Origin: a virus
Lineage: Duplodnaviria > Caudoviricetes
IMG/VR virus record: IMGVR_UViG_3300042505_000324
Location: 1 to 62,368 of that record
DNA: 62,368 nt
Reading direction: 5' to 3' (one strand)
Both the position numbers and the translations under genes were made by a program. Below the pieces are notes generated by a model. It was not told where the DNA came from. It did not search any database and worked only from the letters and a program-made list of their open reading frames with translations. Below are positions 1-8,368 of the stretch, piece after piece (position 1 is the first letter of the stretch; each line of letters begins with the position of its first letter).

Positions 1-286
1 TTATGAAATATAAATGTACTTTTGGTCTTTATAATGAGGTAACTTATGAAATTATAATGACAGCGCCAAATGAAGAGGTATTACGAGATGCTTGTAACTT
101 ACATGCAGTGTCAAATAATGCTTTATTTAAATATTATGAAATAATAGAATCCCTGCAGGATAGTTAGATATAGCAAGCTATCGGTTTAATACCCGACAAT
201 CAAGTATCTAGCCTATAACACATAGATGGATGTTGTCCGTGCGTGAATGTGTTATGGAGTAAGTATTTAAACAAAGGAGAATAAAG

Positions 287-439
287 ATGACTTGTAATAA
301 CGACTGTAATCAAGGAAGATGTTGTAACTGTAGTAGATATACCGATAGAGCCGCAGTAGTAATTGTAGTGCTGTTTGCCGTGATGGCAGGGGCAATGGTC
401 TATGGAGTATGGAAATTACTTAGTGGGGCGATGTTATGA
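287..439 (+). CDS. small membrane protein with N-terminal CNxDCNQGR motif (50 aa)
   Basis: Translated by hand (below track cutoff): MTCNNDCNQGRCCNC...VVIVVLFAVMAGAMVYGVW; AAGGAG SD upstream; ATGA overlap with next ORF. Confidence 0.7.
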   Translation: MTCNNDCNQGRCCNCSRYTDRAAVVIVVLFAVMAGAMVYGVWKLLSGAML

Positions 440-588
440 ATAAAAAAGAATTCAAAGAGCGCATATACGAATTGGCTTTTGGTGATGACGCAATCAATAA
501 AGGCTATTCCGATAAAGAAGTAATTGCCATACTACGAGAGTTTTCTGATAAGGCACTTGAACTTGATGCGATTGAACACGGAGATTAG
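436..588 (+). CDS. hypothetical protein (50 aa)
   Basis: Hand-translated ORF MNKKEFKERIYELAFGDDAINKG..., tightly packed with neighbours. Confidence 0.6.
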   Translation: MNKKEFKERIYELAFGDDAINKGYSDKEVIAILREFSDKALELDAIEHGD

Positions 589-590
589 AA

Positions 591-773
591 ATGAAAGAAC
601 TACCGAAAACAACATTAGAGCTAATAAAAGAATGGCTACAAAGTGAAGCAAATAGTCAGCCCGATTTAAACAATGAACATGATATAGATAATGAAGATGA
701 CGCACTTTGCTATGGCAGGAAAGAGTGCGCTAAAGGTTTATTAGATTACATTAACTACCTTGAAGGAGAATGA
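591..773 (+). CDS. hypothetical protein
   Basis: ORF track; GGAG SD; ATGA overlap with next gene. Confidence 0.6.
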   Translation: MKELPKTTLELIKEWLQSEANSQPDLNNEHDIDNEDDALCYGRKECAKGLLDYINYLEGE

Positions 774-1009
774 AGATGCCATGTAACGGAGATTGCAACC
801 AAGGTCGTGAGTGTATCTGTGAGTGTATGGATAGACCTAAAATGTCAATATACACACCGCCAGTATATTCAGAGTGGAATTGTCGCCTGTTTGGTTCTGC
901 AGGGAATGATGGCATACATTACCGCCCCGTAAAAGGTCGTGTACCTAACCGCTTTGTGCGTTGGATGATGAAAGTATGCTTTGCTTGTACTTGGATAAAG
1001 GATAAATGA
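770..1009 (+). CDS. hypothetical protein with N-terminal CNGDCNQGRxC motif
   Basis: ORF track; AAGGAG SD; shares Cys motif with 287..439. Confidence 0.65.
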   Translation: MKMPCNGDCNQGRECICECMDRPKMSIYTPPVYSEWNCRLFGSAGNDGIHYRPVKGRVPNRFVRWMMKVCFACTWIKDK

Positions 1010-1266
1010 TGACTAACAAAGAACAGTTTGAAGCGTATTGGGCTAGGCTAAATGATGTCAAATGTTATGGTGAAGAATGTCATACGCGAATAGCAGAAAC
1101 AGCATGGCAAGCACGAGGTGAACTAGATGCCAAGCGTATTACTGAGTTGGAAGCCAAACTCACCATAGCTATTGATGCGTTTGAAGCTATTAAAGAATGT
1201 AGCGGCACAAGCCAAAGGCAATGGCATCTTGCAGATGAAGCCTTAACCAAGATTAAAGGAGAGTGA
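1006..1266 (+). CDS. hypothetical phage protein (QFEAYW...AWQAR type)
   Basis: ORF track; coupled to neighbours. Confidence 0.6.
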   Translation: MMTNKEQFEAYWARLNDVKCYGEECHTRIAETAWQARGELDAKRITELEAKLTIAIDAFEAIKECSGTSQRQWHLADEALTKIKGE

Positions 1267-1269
1267 GTG

Positions 1270-1419
1270 ATGGGTAGCAAATACATGGTTTTTACGTTTC
1301 ACATTGATGATGGTAAACAGTACTTCGGTGGGTATCAATCACTAGCTCTTGCTCTATTAGATTTGTGGAGATTGTATCGTATGAAGCATTTCGGATGCCT
1401 ATATTTGGAGATTAGATAA
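1270..1419 (+). CDS. hypothetical protein (49 aa)
   Basis: Hand-translated ORF filling the gap; SD upstream; TAATG overlap with next ORF. Confidence 0.5.
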   Translation: MGSKYMVFTFHIDDGKQYFGGYQSLALALLDLWRLYRMKHFGCLYLEIR

Positions 1420-1694
1420 TGGATATTGTAGATAGATTAAATACAGTATGGTCTAGCAATTATAAGTTACAACCAACTTCGGCAGAAGAAAGACAATGCG
1501 TAATTGAAATTCAACAGTTGAAAAAAGATGCCGCTAAAGAAGTTACGGAACTACGCCAACAAGTAACAGCACTTGAAGCTAGGAACAAAGAGCTGGTTGA
1601 GGCGTTGGAAGGTGTAACAGACTCGCTAGGTGGTAGCTATGAGCAACACGCTATCCGTAAAAGAATTCAAGACCTATTGGGGGAAGTGAAATGA
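1419..1694 (+). CDS. hypothetical coiled-coil protein
   Basis: ORF track; MDIVDRL...AAKEVTELRQQV pattern. Confidence 0.6.
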   Translation: MDIVDRLNTVWSSNYKLQPTSAEERQCVIEIQQLKKDAAKEVTELRQQVTALEARNKELVEALEGVTDSLGGSYEQHAIRKRIQDLLGEVK

Positions 1695-1876
1695 CTAAAG
1701 AAACATTATTAAAATATATGTGGGTGATAATTTTTATTGCCGATATTTGGGGTGGTTGTTGGGTTTTGTTTGAAAAATGCGCTGTTAATGATTGGTGGAC
1801 TTTCCCATCTTTATTAACCATTCTTGGTATAGGTGGACTTTCATTTTGTCAATCTGTTGAAAGATGGCTGAAATGA
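1691..1876 (+). CDS. small 2-TM membrane protein
   Basis: ORF track; two hydrophobic segments. Confidence 0.55.
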   Translation: MTKETLLKYMWVIIFIADIWGGCWVLFEKCAVNDWWTFPSLLTILGIGGLSFCQSVERWLK

Positions 1877-2301
1877 CTAAACAAACAGAAGCTCTTGAGA
1901 TGGCGATTGAAGCGTTGCCTGAATTGATTAGCACAACACAAAACGAATATGAAAGACAAGCAGAAGCATACAACGGCTATCCTAATATGGCGTATCGCTA
2001 TTCATACCTAAAGGATATTGCAGACAATGGCACAAAAGCCCTTAACGCCTGTAAAGAAGCACTAGCAGAACAACCAACACAAGAGCCAATGATAGTTAAG
2101 CAAGATAATGGAATAGTGCTAAAACTAGGGTATGACGATTTACCCAATGGAACACCTTTCTACACCCACCCACCAAAACAATGGCAAGGACTGAGTGATG
2201 ATGAGATAACAAGACTTTATGTAACTTTAAGAAATGGTTCTGACCATAAAGATTTTGCCCGTGCTATTGAAGCGAAGTTAAAGGATAAGAATAATGGCTA
2301 A
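1864..2301 (+). CDS. hypothetical protein with C-terminal WxGLSDDE...ARAIEAKLKDKN module
   Basis: ORF track; module shared with next ORF. Confidence 0.65.
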   Translation: MAEMTKQTEALEMAIEALPELISTTQNEYERQAEAYNGYPNMAYRYSYLKDIADNGTKALNACKEALAEQPTQEPMIVKQDNGIVLKLGYDDLPNGTPFYTHPPKQWQGLSDDEITRLYVTLRNGSDHKDFARAIEAKLKDKNNG

Positions 2302-2530
2302 ATTACTAGATGCAGACCTATATAAACCTGTTAAAGAATGGGAGAGTCTGAGTGGAGAGGAATTTGTTGCAATTGCTAAATCTATATGGGGTGACAATCT
2401 AGGTATGGGTGATGGGTATGGATACACAGTAGCTTGGGCATCTAGTTACGCAACAATAGAGCCGTCTAGCAAGATGTTACTTTTACTTCAAGCGATTGAC
2501 AAGGCTTTAAGGGAGAAGAACAATGGGTAG
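2294..2530 (+). CDS. hypothetical protein, paralog of the C-terminus of 1864..2301
   Basis: WESLSGEE...AIDKALREKNNG. Confidence 0.6.
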   Translation: MAKLLDADLYKPVKEWESLSGEEFVAIAKSIWGDNLGMGDGYGYTVAWASSYATIEPSSKMLLLLQAIDKALREKNNG

Positions 2531-2701
2531 ACTATGGGATTTATTGATATATGGTTGCTGGCACACATGGGAAGAAGATAAGCGATTTAAGGTAACAAGT
2601 ACCAAGACTTCTGACTATGTGGGTGAAGCTGTTTTTTGCACTTGCACTAAGTGTGGTACACCTAAACGATTTGATTTGTACTAGTATTAGGAGAAGAACG
2701 C

Positions 2702-2869
2702 ATGAAACTTAGATTTGTAGAAAGAGAAATTCATACACCTGTTGATTGTATGACACCAGACATAATGCAACGGAAAGTAGTAAAAATATTGCAGTATTGG
2801 AGCCCTGTAAACGACTGGAGTGAAGACGGTAATTGGATTGATGTACCTTTAGAAATTGAGGAGAGTTAA
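2702..2869 (+). CDS. hypothetical protein (55 aa)
   Basis: Hand-translated MKLRFVERE...ILQYW...WIDVPLE; AGGAG SD. Confidence 0.6.
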   Translation: MKLRFVEREIHTPVDCMTPDIMQRKVVKILQYWSPVNDWSEDGNWIDVPLEIEES

Positions 2870-3030
2870 TGTTAAATATTTTTAAACGTAATAAGAATCC
2901 AATAACAGAATCCGAATTAGAAATAGATAGATTAATAAAAGAACGTACTAAATTAAAGTTACAATTAAAAGCTATCGTTAAAAAGATAGAACAACAATTT
3001 GAAATAATTAATAAATTAAAAGGAAGATAA
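2869..3030 (+). CDS. hypothetical basic coiled-coil protein (53 aa)
   Basis: Hand-translated; GAGGAG SD; TAATG overlap. Confidence 0.55.
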   Translation: MLNIFKRNKNPITESELEIDRLIKERTKLKLQLKAIVKKIEQQFEIINKLKGR

Positions 3031-3031
3031 T

Positions 3032-3265
3032 ATGGAAAAACAATATTGCTATACTGTCGTCCTAAGTAAGCAAAAAGGTTCTAATATAGGTATTATAACG
3101 GTTGGTGAGGGTGGATACTCTACTACAGATTTAGATTGGGGAAATGCAAATGAGGCACAAGCCATAGTTCGTCATGCAAATGAAGTACGTGGTATTGATG
3201 CTAAAACACAACTAGAGTATGAAATGAAATCTATGTTCGTATGGGGTAAGGAGAATAAAGCATGA
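3032..3265 (+). CDS. hypothetical protein
   Basis: ORF track; SD present. Confidence 0.6.
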   Translation: MEKQYCYTVVLSKQKGSNIGIITVGEGGYSTTDLDWGNANEAQAIVRHANEVRGIDAKTQLEYEMKSMFVWGKENKA

Positions 3266-3468
3266 GTATATTATGTCGTTTAGGTTTTCACAAGTGGAAT
3301 TTTAGAGCTATAATAGATGTTGATTACTTTAAAGTGTTCGTTAAAGAGTCAAATACTTTAGAAGTAAAAAGATGTATACATTGCAGAAAGTGGAATATTC
3401 CTGTGCAATGTTTAGGTTTATCTAATTCCGATATAGCCAAATTAGAGGAAAAATCAAATGTTACTTAA
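3262..3468 (+). CDS. small Cys/His protein (LCRLGFHKW...CIHC), putative zinc binder
   Basis: ORF track; motif typical of small phage Zn-binding ORFs. Confidence 0.6.
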   Translation: MSILCRLGFHKWNFRAIIDVDYFKVFVKESNTLEVKRCIHCRKWNIPVQCLGLSNSDIAKLEEKSNVT

Positions 3469-3643
3469 AGTACAAGATATGGTAATTAACTTAAATTATG
3501 TAACAGATGTTTTCAAAAGAGGCGACCAATATACTATTCGCTTAGCACACGGTGGCGATTACGACATACCTGAAAGCGTTTTACCAATGGAAACTTTTAT
3601 AATCAGATGGATGGAAGCAATTAACAAAAGGAGAGTTAAGTGA
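3458..3643 (+). CDS. hypothetical protein
   Basis: ORF track. Confidence 0.55.
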   Translation: MLLKVQDMVINLNYVTDVFKRGDQYTIRLAHGGDYDIPESVLPMETFIIRWMEAINKRRVK

Positions 3644-3804
3644 AAATAGCATCTTGGGATTTAGAGATAGAATGGGAGAATGGTACTAGGGAACTTCTTA
3701 GGAATATTCCAAATCATCTAGCTACAGCAATAGATGAACACCTATGCACTGTAGAAACTAAAGCAGATGAAATGACTAAGGAATTATTCAATGAAGAACC
3801 CTAA
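3640..3804 (+). CDS. hypothetical protein (54 aa, GTG start)
   Basis: Hand-translated ORF; AGGAG SD; fills the gap. Confidence 0.5.
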   Translation: MKIASWDLEIEWENGTRELLRNIPNHLATAIDEHLCTVETKADEMTKELFNEEP

Positions 3805-3979
3805 TGATTGTGAAGATTGCGGATATCACGATAGAATGTATCAAGAAAGACATTGCGAACTATTCAAAAAGAAACCTAAAACTACCTGTGTACAAAATAC
3901 CAAGTTAAGTATTAAGTTTCAATTAAATAAATTATTCGAGGGTTTAATTAATGTTAATAATAAGGATCAAGATAAATAG
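3791..3979 (+). CDS. small Cys-rich hypothetical protein
   Basis: CEDC...HC...C pattern. Confidence 0.55.
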   Translation: MKNPNDCEDCGYHDRMYQERHCELFKKKPKTTCVQNTKLSIKFQLNKLFEGLINVNNKDQDK

Positions 3980-3992
3980 ATGGTGTAAGGAG

Positions 3993-4202
3993 ATGTATTT
4001 AGATTTACCAAAAGACCCAACATTTCTAGGATTAGAATATGAAGATTGTAGTATAATATTGAATTATTTAGTAACAGAAGAGCTAGTAGAGAGAGTAAGA
4101 ATAGGTTTTCAATCGTTTAGATCTAACGCAACGATCCCTGAAGAACCTAGAAAATATTTAGGTATGATAGAGGGTTTTTATATTTTTCAAAAGGAGAACT
4201 AA
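3993..4202 (+). CDS. hypothetical protein
   Basis: ORF track 3951..4202; start moved to the ATG after TAAGGAG. Confidence 0.55.
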   Translation: MYLDLPKDPTFLGLEYEDCSIILNYLVTEELVERVRIGFQSFRSNATIPEEPRKYLGMIEGFYIFQKEN

Positions 4203-4203
4203 A

Positions 4204-4683
4204 ATGCACATTAATACAGTAGGTGTTTCAACAAAGATAGCTCACGCTGTACCAGTAAGCTTAATACCAATCGGTGGAGGATTTCACCAAAATAATACAA
4301 CATTAGTAAGAATTATCCCAGCAGGCAGAGTAGCTCATGCTTTAAGCGATAGTGAGGATATCTACGGTCATTGCTTAGCTTCAGGTAGGTTCTATGCTTT
4401 AAAAGAAGATCATATGGTAGTACCAGTAGAAATTCAACAAGTAGCAATATATCGTAATGGTCGATTGACATTAAATGCTATTGAAGGGAGATTCAGATTA
4501 TTAGATGATCGTTCAGGTAGAGAATATACTAGAATTAAAGATCTAAGTGGAGTCTTAGATAACATTAATTTAATGTCCAATGTATTAAACAGAGGTGATT
4601 GTATAGTATTAACCCCTGAGAATAAACTAGAGGTAATGCGTGGTGATGTTCCAGTAATCGCTTGTGGAGCTAATCATGTATAG
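4204..4683 (+). CDS. hypothetical protein
   Basis: ORF track; AAGGAG SD. Confidence 0.65.
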   Translation: MHINTVGVSTKIAHAVPVSLIPIGGGFHQNNTTLVRIIPAGRVAHALSDSEDIYGHCLASGRFYALKEDHMVVPVEIQQVAIYRNGRLTLNAIEGRFRLLDDRSGREYTRIKDLSGVLDNINLMSNVLNRGDCIVLTPENKLEVMRGDVPVIACGANHV

Positions 4684-4867
4684 ACTTAGTGCAACTATGG
4701 CAGCATACTTAATAAGACTAGATACTGAGTATAAAGGTCATCCATTAACAATGGAAGAAGCTGAATGCCATTGTGATATACTAAGGAAGATTCGTGGTAT
4801 TTATACATTACATAACGGAGATATTATATCATACCATGACCATTCATGGAGAGTAACACATCTATAA
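4676..4867 (+). CDS. hypothetical protein
   Basis: ORF track 4664..4867; start moved to the ATG after GGAG. Confidence 0.5.
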   Translation: MYRLSATMAAYLIRLDTEYKGHPLTMEEAECHCDILRKIRGIYTLHNGDIISYHDHSWRVTHL

Positions 4868-4877
4868 CTAAACTATC

Positions 4878-4962
4878 CCAGATATACACAAGCTTATTTA
4901 TTTATCCCTAATCGGATAAGTATTTAAGCTTGTGTATATCTGGTTTTTTTTTTTTTTTTTTT
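4878..4962 (+). terminator. strong intrinsic terminator: 19-bp perfect stem plus T19
   Basis: CCAGATATACACAAGCTTA (4878-4896) is the exact reverse complement of 4925-4943; T run at 4944-4962. Confidence 0.85.
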
Positions 4963-4992
4963 CAAGTAAATATTCACCTATTTCCTTCTCGA

Positions 4993-5010
4993 AGCTGGTT
5001 AAATTAAAGA
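4993..5010 (+). promoter_or_regulatory. putative phage-RNAP promoter, class B copy 1 (packaging/structural operon)
   Basis: AGCTGGTTAAATTAAAGA, identical 18-mer at 45572; 13-bp core also at 52079. Confidence 0.7.
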
Positions 5011-5359
5011 AGATTAACACAAACGTTAAGCTAACGCTTTCTAAACTATATATTTCTTACACTAGCTTAGCATTATGCTACAAGTAGTAAGGGTATTGCA
5101 CCGTAAGGTGCATTGTATAGATAATAAAATAAAATAAAATTAGGAAAGCACTAGCTATGAGACTACACCCAATTATTGACTTAACTATATCTATAATTAT
5201 AACTATAGTAATCTGTAGCTTAGCCTATGTATTATACAATTTATTATGCTTTAATTATATTTATTTTTGAAGAATAAAGTGAACATTAAACTATGCTGGT
5301 GAGAAGCGTTAAGTGCTTGAATTAGCAGAGAGTTTTTAATAAAAATTATTGGAAAAATT

Positions 5360-5863
5360 ATGACTGAGGACAATGAATCTCAAACTGATATGATGCCTTC
5401 AAAAAAGAGAGGTAGAATAGCAGGCACTAAAAATAGAATAACAGCTAAGAGCAGTTTAAGGACACTTGCGAAACTAGGATTCGATCCCATTGTAGAGATG
5501 GTGAAACTGAATGACAGCCTAGACGCAGAAATGTTCTTAACAAGATATGATGTGAATGGTGAACTCAAAGTTAAGTATTCCCAGATGGCTTATGCACAAT
5601 TATTAGCAACTAAGAAAGCATTATTAACAGATTTATTACGATACAGTTATGCCAGAGTTTCTGAAACAGTTATGATTGACGATCAAAGGTCTACAGGATT
5701 AGTGGTGAATCTTACTAAAGAGGGTGAACCTGTAGTTGATGCCAGTTATGAAATGTCTGAGTTCGCCTTAGACTTAAATGAAGATGATGAAGATGATGAA
5801 CCCGACCATATTGATGAACAAATCTCAGCTATAGCAAAGTTGCGCTTAAATGTTCGTTCATGA
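5360..5863 (+). CDS. terS: terminase small subunit (putative)
   Basis: GRIAGTKNR (GRxxGxxN) motif, helical body, acidic tail; upstream of TerL. Confidence 0.65.
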   Translation: MTEDNESQTDMMPSKKRGRIAGTKNRITAKSSLRTLAKLGFDPIVEMVKLNDSLDAEMFLTRYDVNGELKVKYSQMAYAQLLATKKALLTDLLRYSYARVSETVMIDDQRSTGLVVNLTKEGEPVVDASYEMSEFALDLNEDDEDDEPDHIDEQISAIAKLRLNVRS

Positions 5864-6158
5864 AAAGCGAAAAGTAATAATATTTGCTATTGATGCTAAA
5901 ATAGCTGAGACATGTGCTATGGATAATGCTTTGGATTCTTTCTTATTCTATGAGAAGTTAAGTGGTTTTGGTGAAATGTGTAGTAATGGTGAGATTAGAC
6001 CTGATACACATACTGTGTGGATACATCCTAGTGCTAATCTAAGACCCGATTTATTCATAATAAGAATAATTTCAGAGAACTATGGTTTTCAATTAACATT
6101 TAAAGATAGTTATGATGTATATGCAAATCTATTAGATACACATCCTAATTTACAATGA
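5850..6158 (+). CDS. hypothetical protein
   Basis: ORF track; lies between terS and terL. Confidence 0.5.
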   Translation: MFVHEKRKVIIFAIDAKIAETCAMDNALDSFLFYEKLSGFGEMCSNGEIRPDTHTVWIHPSANLRPDLFIIRIISENYGFQLTFKDSYDVYANLLDTHPNLQ

Positions 6159-6165
6159 GAATATT

Positions 6166-7515
6166 ATGAGCAATATAAGCTTACATCCTACACAATCAGA
6201 TGTGTATAGGGATTTCTTTGTAGAAAAATTAAAAAGATTTATTGTAGTGGTGTCCTCACGTGGATGGGGCAAATCATTCTTTGCTGCTACTGCTGCAGCT
6301 ACCGCAGTCCACGAATTACTTTTGTTAAATCCAAGAGTTCCCCATAAGGTTGTGTATGTTATTGCACCTACTTATTCACAAGTGACAGATATTTACTTTC
6401 CATTACTAGCCTATGATTTAGGACTAGCTTCTATTTGTATAAATTCCTCAAGAGCAATGGGTCGGTTTTGGTTTCATAATGACGTAGAGTTACGCTTAGT
6501 TTCTTACGAAGCAGTAGAAAGATTACGTGGTATGGGTGCTTACTTTGTTGTATTAGACGAAGTAGAATCTTGGACTAAAGGTGTTGGATTAAAAGAAGCT
6601 TGGGAAGGTATTATACAACCCTGTATAGCAACTCGATGGTCTCCTAAAAGAGCTGAAGCATATAGGTCTCCTAATGCTGGTAGAGCTTTAATTATCGGTA
6701 CACCTAAGGGTTACACATACTTCTATGACATGTATAATCGTAAAGATGTTGATTCTGATTGGGGTGGTTACCATTTCGATTATAAACAATCTCCATATTT
6801 AGACCCAGAAGAAATAGAACGCATTAGACATACCATTGACCCATTGGATTTTGGTCGTGAGTATCTTGCTTCATTTAGTGAATCTGGTAATAGTGTTTTC
6901 CATTGCTTCAATCGTAATAAACATGTTAGAGCTGACTTAGAAGACTTTATTAATACTAGTGATTATAAAGAAGATGTGCATATTGGCATCGACTTCAACG
7001 TTGGTATTCAAGCTTCATCTTGTTTCGCTGTAAGAGGTGGACAAGTACATTATCTTGATGAATTCAAAGGTCATCCAGATACAGATACATTAGCTAAAAT
7101 AATTAAAGCTAAATATATCGATAAGGGACATAAAGTACACGCTTATCCAGACCCTAGTGGACGTTCAAGAAAGACTTCTGCAGCTGTAGGTGTAACAGAT
7201 TTCAGTATTTTAACTCAATATGGTATTAATTGCCATGCACCACTTAAAGCTCCAGCATTAGTAGATAGTGCTAAATGTGTCAATCGTATGTTAGAGACAG
7301 CTGCTGGTGAGATTAATATGTATGTGCATCCTAGATGTACAGGTACTATTGTTTCATTAGAACGCACTATTTGGACTGATACCAATCCAGATGTTGCTAC
7401 TATTGACAAATCAGAAGGTGTAGAACACTTCTCAGACGGCATTAGATATTCAATATCTCACTTGTTTCCGATTAATGTTGGTCAGAAACGTATTGCTAGA
7501 GGCTTCAAATTTTAA
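6166..7515 (+). CDS. terL: terminase large subunit
   Basis: Walker A SRGWGKS, LRG, Walker B VVLDE, GTPKG motif III, nuclease GIDFN and HFSDGIRY. Confidence 0.95.
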   Translation: MSNISLHPTQSDVYRDFFVEKLKRFIVVVSSRGWGKSFFAATAAATAVHELLLLNPRVPHKVVYVIAPTYSQVTDIYFPLLAYDLGLASICINSSRAMGRFWFHNDVELRLVSYEAVERLRGMGAYFVVLDEVESWTKGVGLKEAWEGIIQPCIATRWSPKRAEAYRSPNAGRALIIGTPKGYTYFYDMYNRKDVDSDWGGYHFDYKQSPYLDPEEIERIRHTIDPLDFGREYLASFSESGNSVFHCFNRNKHVRADLEDFINTSDYKEDVHIGIDFNVGIQASSCFAVRGGQVHYLDEFKGHPDTDTLAKIIKAKYIDKGHKVHAYPDPSGRSRKTSAAVGVTDFSILTQYGINCHAPLKAPALVDSAKCVNRMLETAAGEINMYVHPRCTGTIVSLERTIWTDTNPDVATIDKSEGVEHFSDGIRYSISHLFPINVGQKRIARGFKF

Positions 7516-7525
7516 AGGAATTATT

Positions 7526-7714
7526 ATGATTTTCGAACACGTACCAGAGGCACAAGTAGCAAATATGCCTGAACCAAATAATGCTGTATTACAACCTAAT
7601 GGGTTATACACAGTATACACGCATAAGCATTACACAGCACCATTATCTATGGATTTGGCTGATACAGTATCTGTTAGTGAAGAACCTAAAGTTAAGAAAC
7701 AACGGAGAGCGTAA
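7526..7714 (+). CDS. hypothetical protein
   Basis: ORF track 7475..7714; start moved to the ATG after AAGGA. Confidence 0.55.
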   Translation: MIFEHVPEAQVANMPEPNNAVLQPNGLYTVYTHKHYTAPLSMDLADTVSVSEEPKVKKQRRA

Positions 7715-7896
7715 TGCCGATTTATAATGCAAAATGCACTGAGTGTGGTAAGGTCCACGAATACTCAAAAAGAATTGCAGAAAGAGACGACACACCGACT
7801 TGTTGTAATTTACCAACAGAAAGATTTTTAGAAAAAGCACCTATGGGATTTGTTGATAATCCTGCGTTTATGTCTAAATATCGTAAAATGTATTAG
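7714..7896 (+). CDS. FmdB-like zinc-ribbon protein
   Basis: MPIYNAKCTECG...TCC signature (MPxYxYxCxxCG family). Confidence 0.75.
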   Translation: MPIYNAKCTECGKVHEYSKRIAERDDTPTCCNLPTERFLEKAPMGFVDNPAFMSKYRKMY

Positions 7897-7905
7897 GAGA
7901 GCAAT

Positions 7906-7941
7906 ATGGGCTGTAAATCTAAAAAACCACCAAAAAAGTGA
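7906..7941 (+). CDS. possible 11-aa basic micropeptide MGCKSKKPPKK
   Basis: AGGAG SD at normal spacing; fills the intergenic gap. Confidence 0.35.
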   Translation: MGCKSKKPPKK

Positions 7942-7948
7942 GAACAAA

Positions 7949-8368
7949 ATGAGAGATATGCCGATGATGGAGAAATCCAAAGATTTATGCCCATTACCAA
8001 CTATGTACCCTGCTATTAATATTGCTAATCATTTGCAATGTATTCAATTAGCAGCACTTGGACCACCAGATCCTAGAGAGCCTAGTAATGTATTCTGGGC
8101 AGATAAAGCTACTAAGTGGCAAGTACCAGAAGGTGAGGCACGTTCACGCTTATGTATGAATTGTGAGCATTACGATGATTCTGAAGAAAACATTCAATGT
8201 ATCAAAGAAGGTAAAGGTGGTCAAATCAAACCATCAGGATTACCTGTAACACCTAAATGGGCTGATATTGCTGGTATGCCTTCAGCTGTATGCACTCGCT
8301 TTAATATTACTTGTTCTAGTATTAGAACATGTGATGATTGGGAAGAGAAGGTGAGCTTCTATGGCTAG
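7949..8368 (+). CDS. Cys-rich hypothetical protein
   Basis: ORF track 7850..8368, likely start at 7949; CMNCEHY...C...CxxxRTCDDW. Confidence 0.65.
   Translation: MRDMPMMEKSKDLCPLPTMYPAINIANHLQCIQLAALGPPDPREPSNVFWADKATKWQVPEGEARSRLCMNCEHYDDSEENIQCIKEGKGGQIKPSGLPVTPKWADIAGMPSAVCTRFNITCSSIRTCDDWEEKVSFYG

Noticed and set aside
1-4867. Host assignment from the small ORFs
   Set aside because: Style resembles aquatic Gram-negative phages, but nothing in the sequence fixes a host
7932-7938. A AAA AAG slippery heptamer at the end of the micropeptide
   Set aside because: The -1 frame stops within a few codons and does not join the downstream ORF
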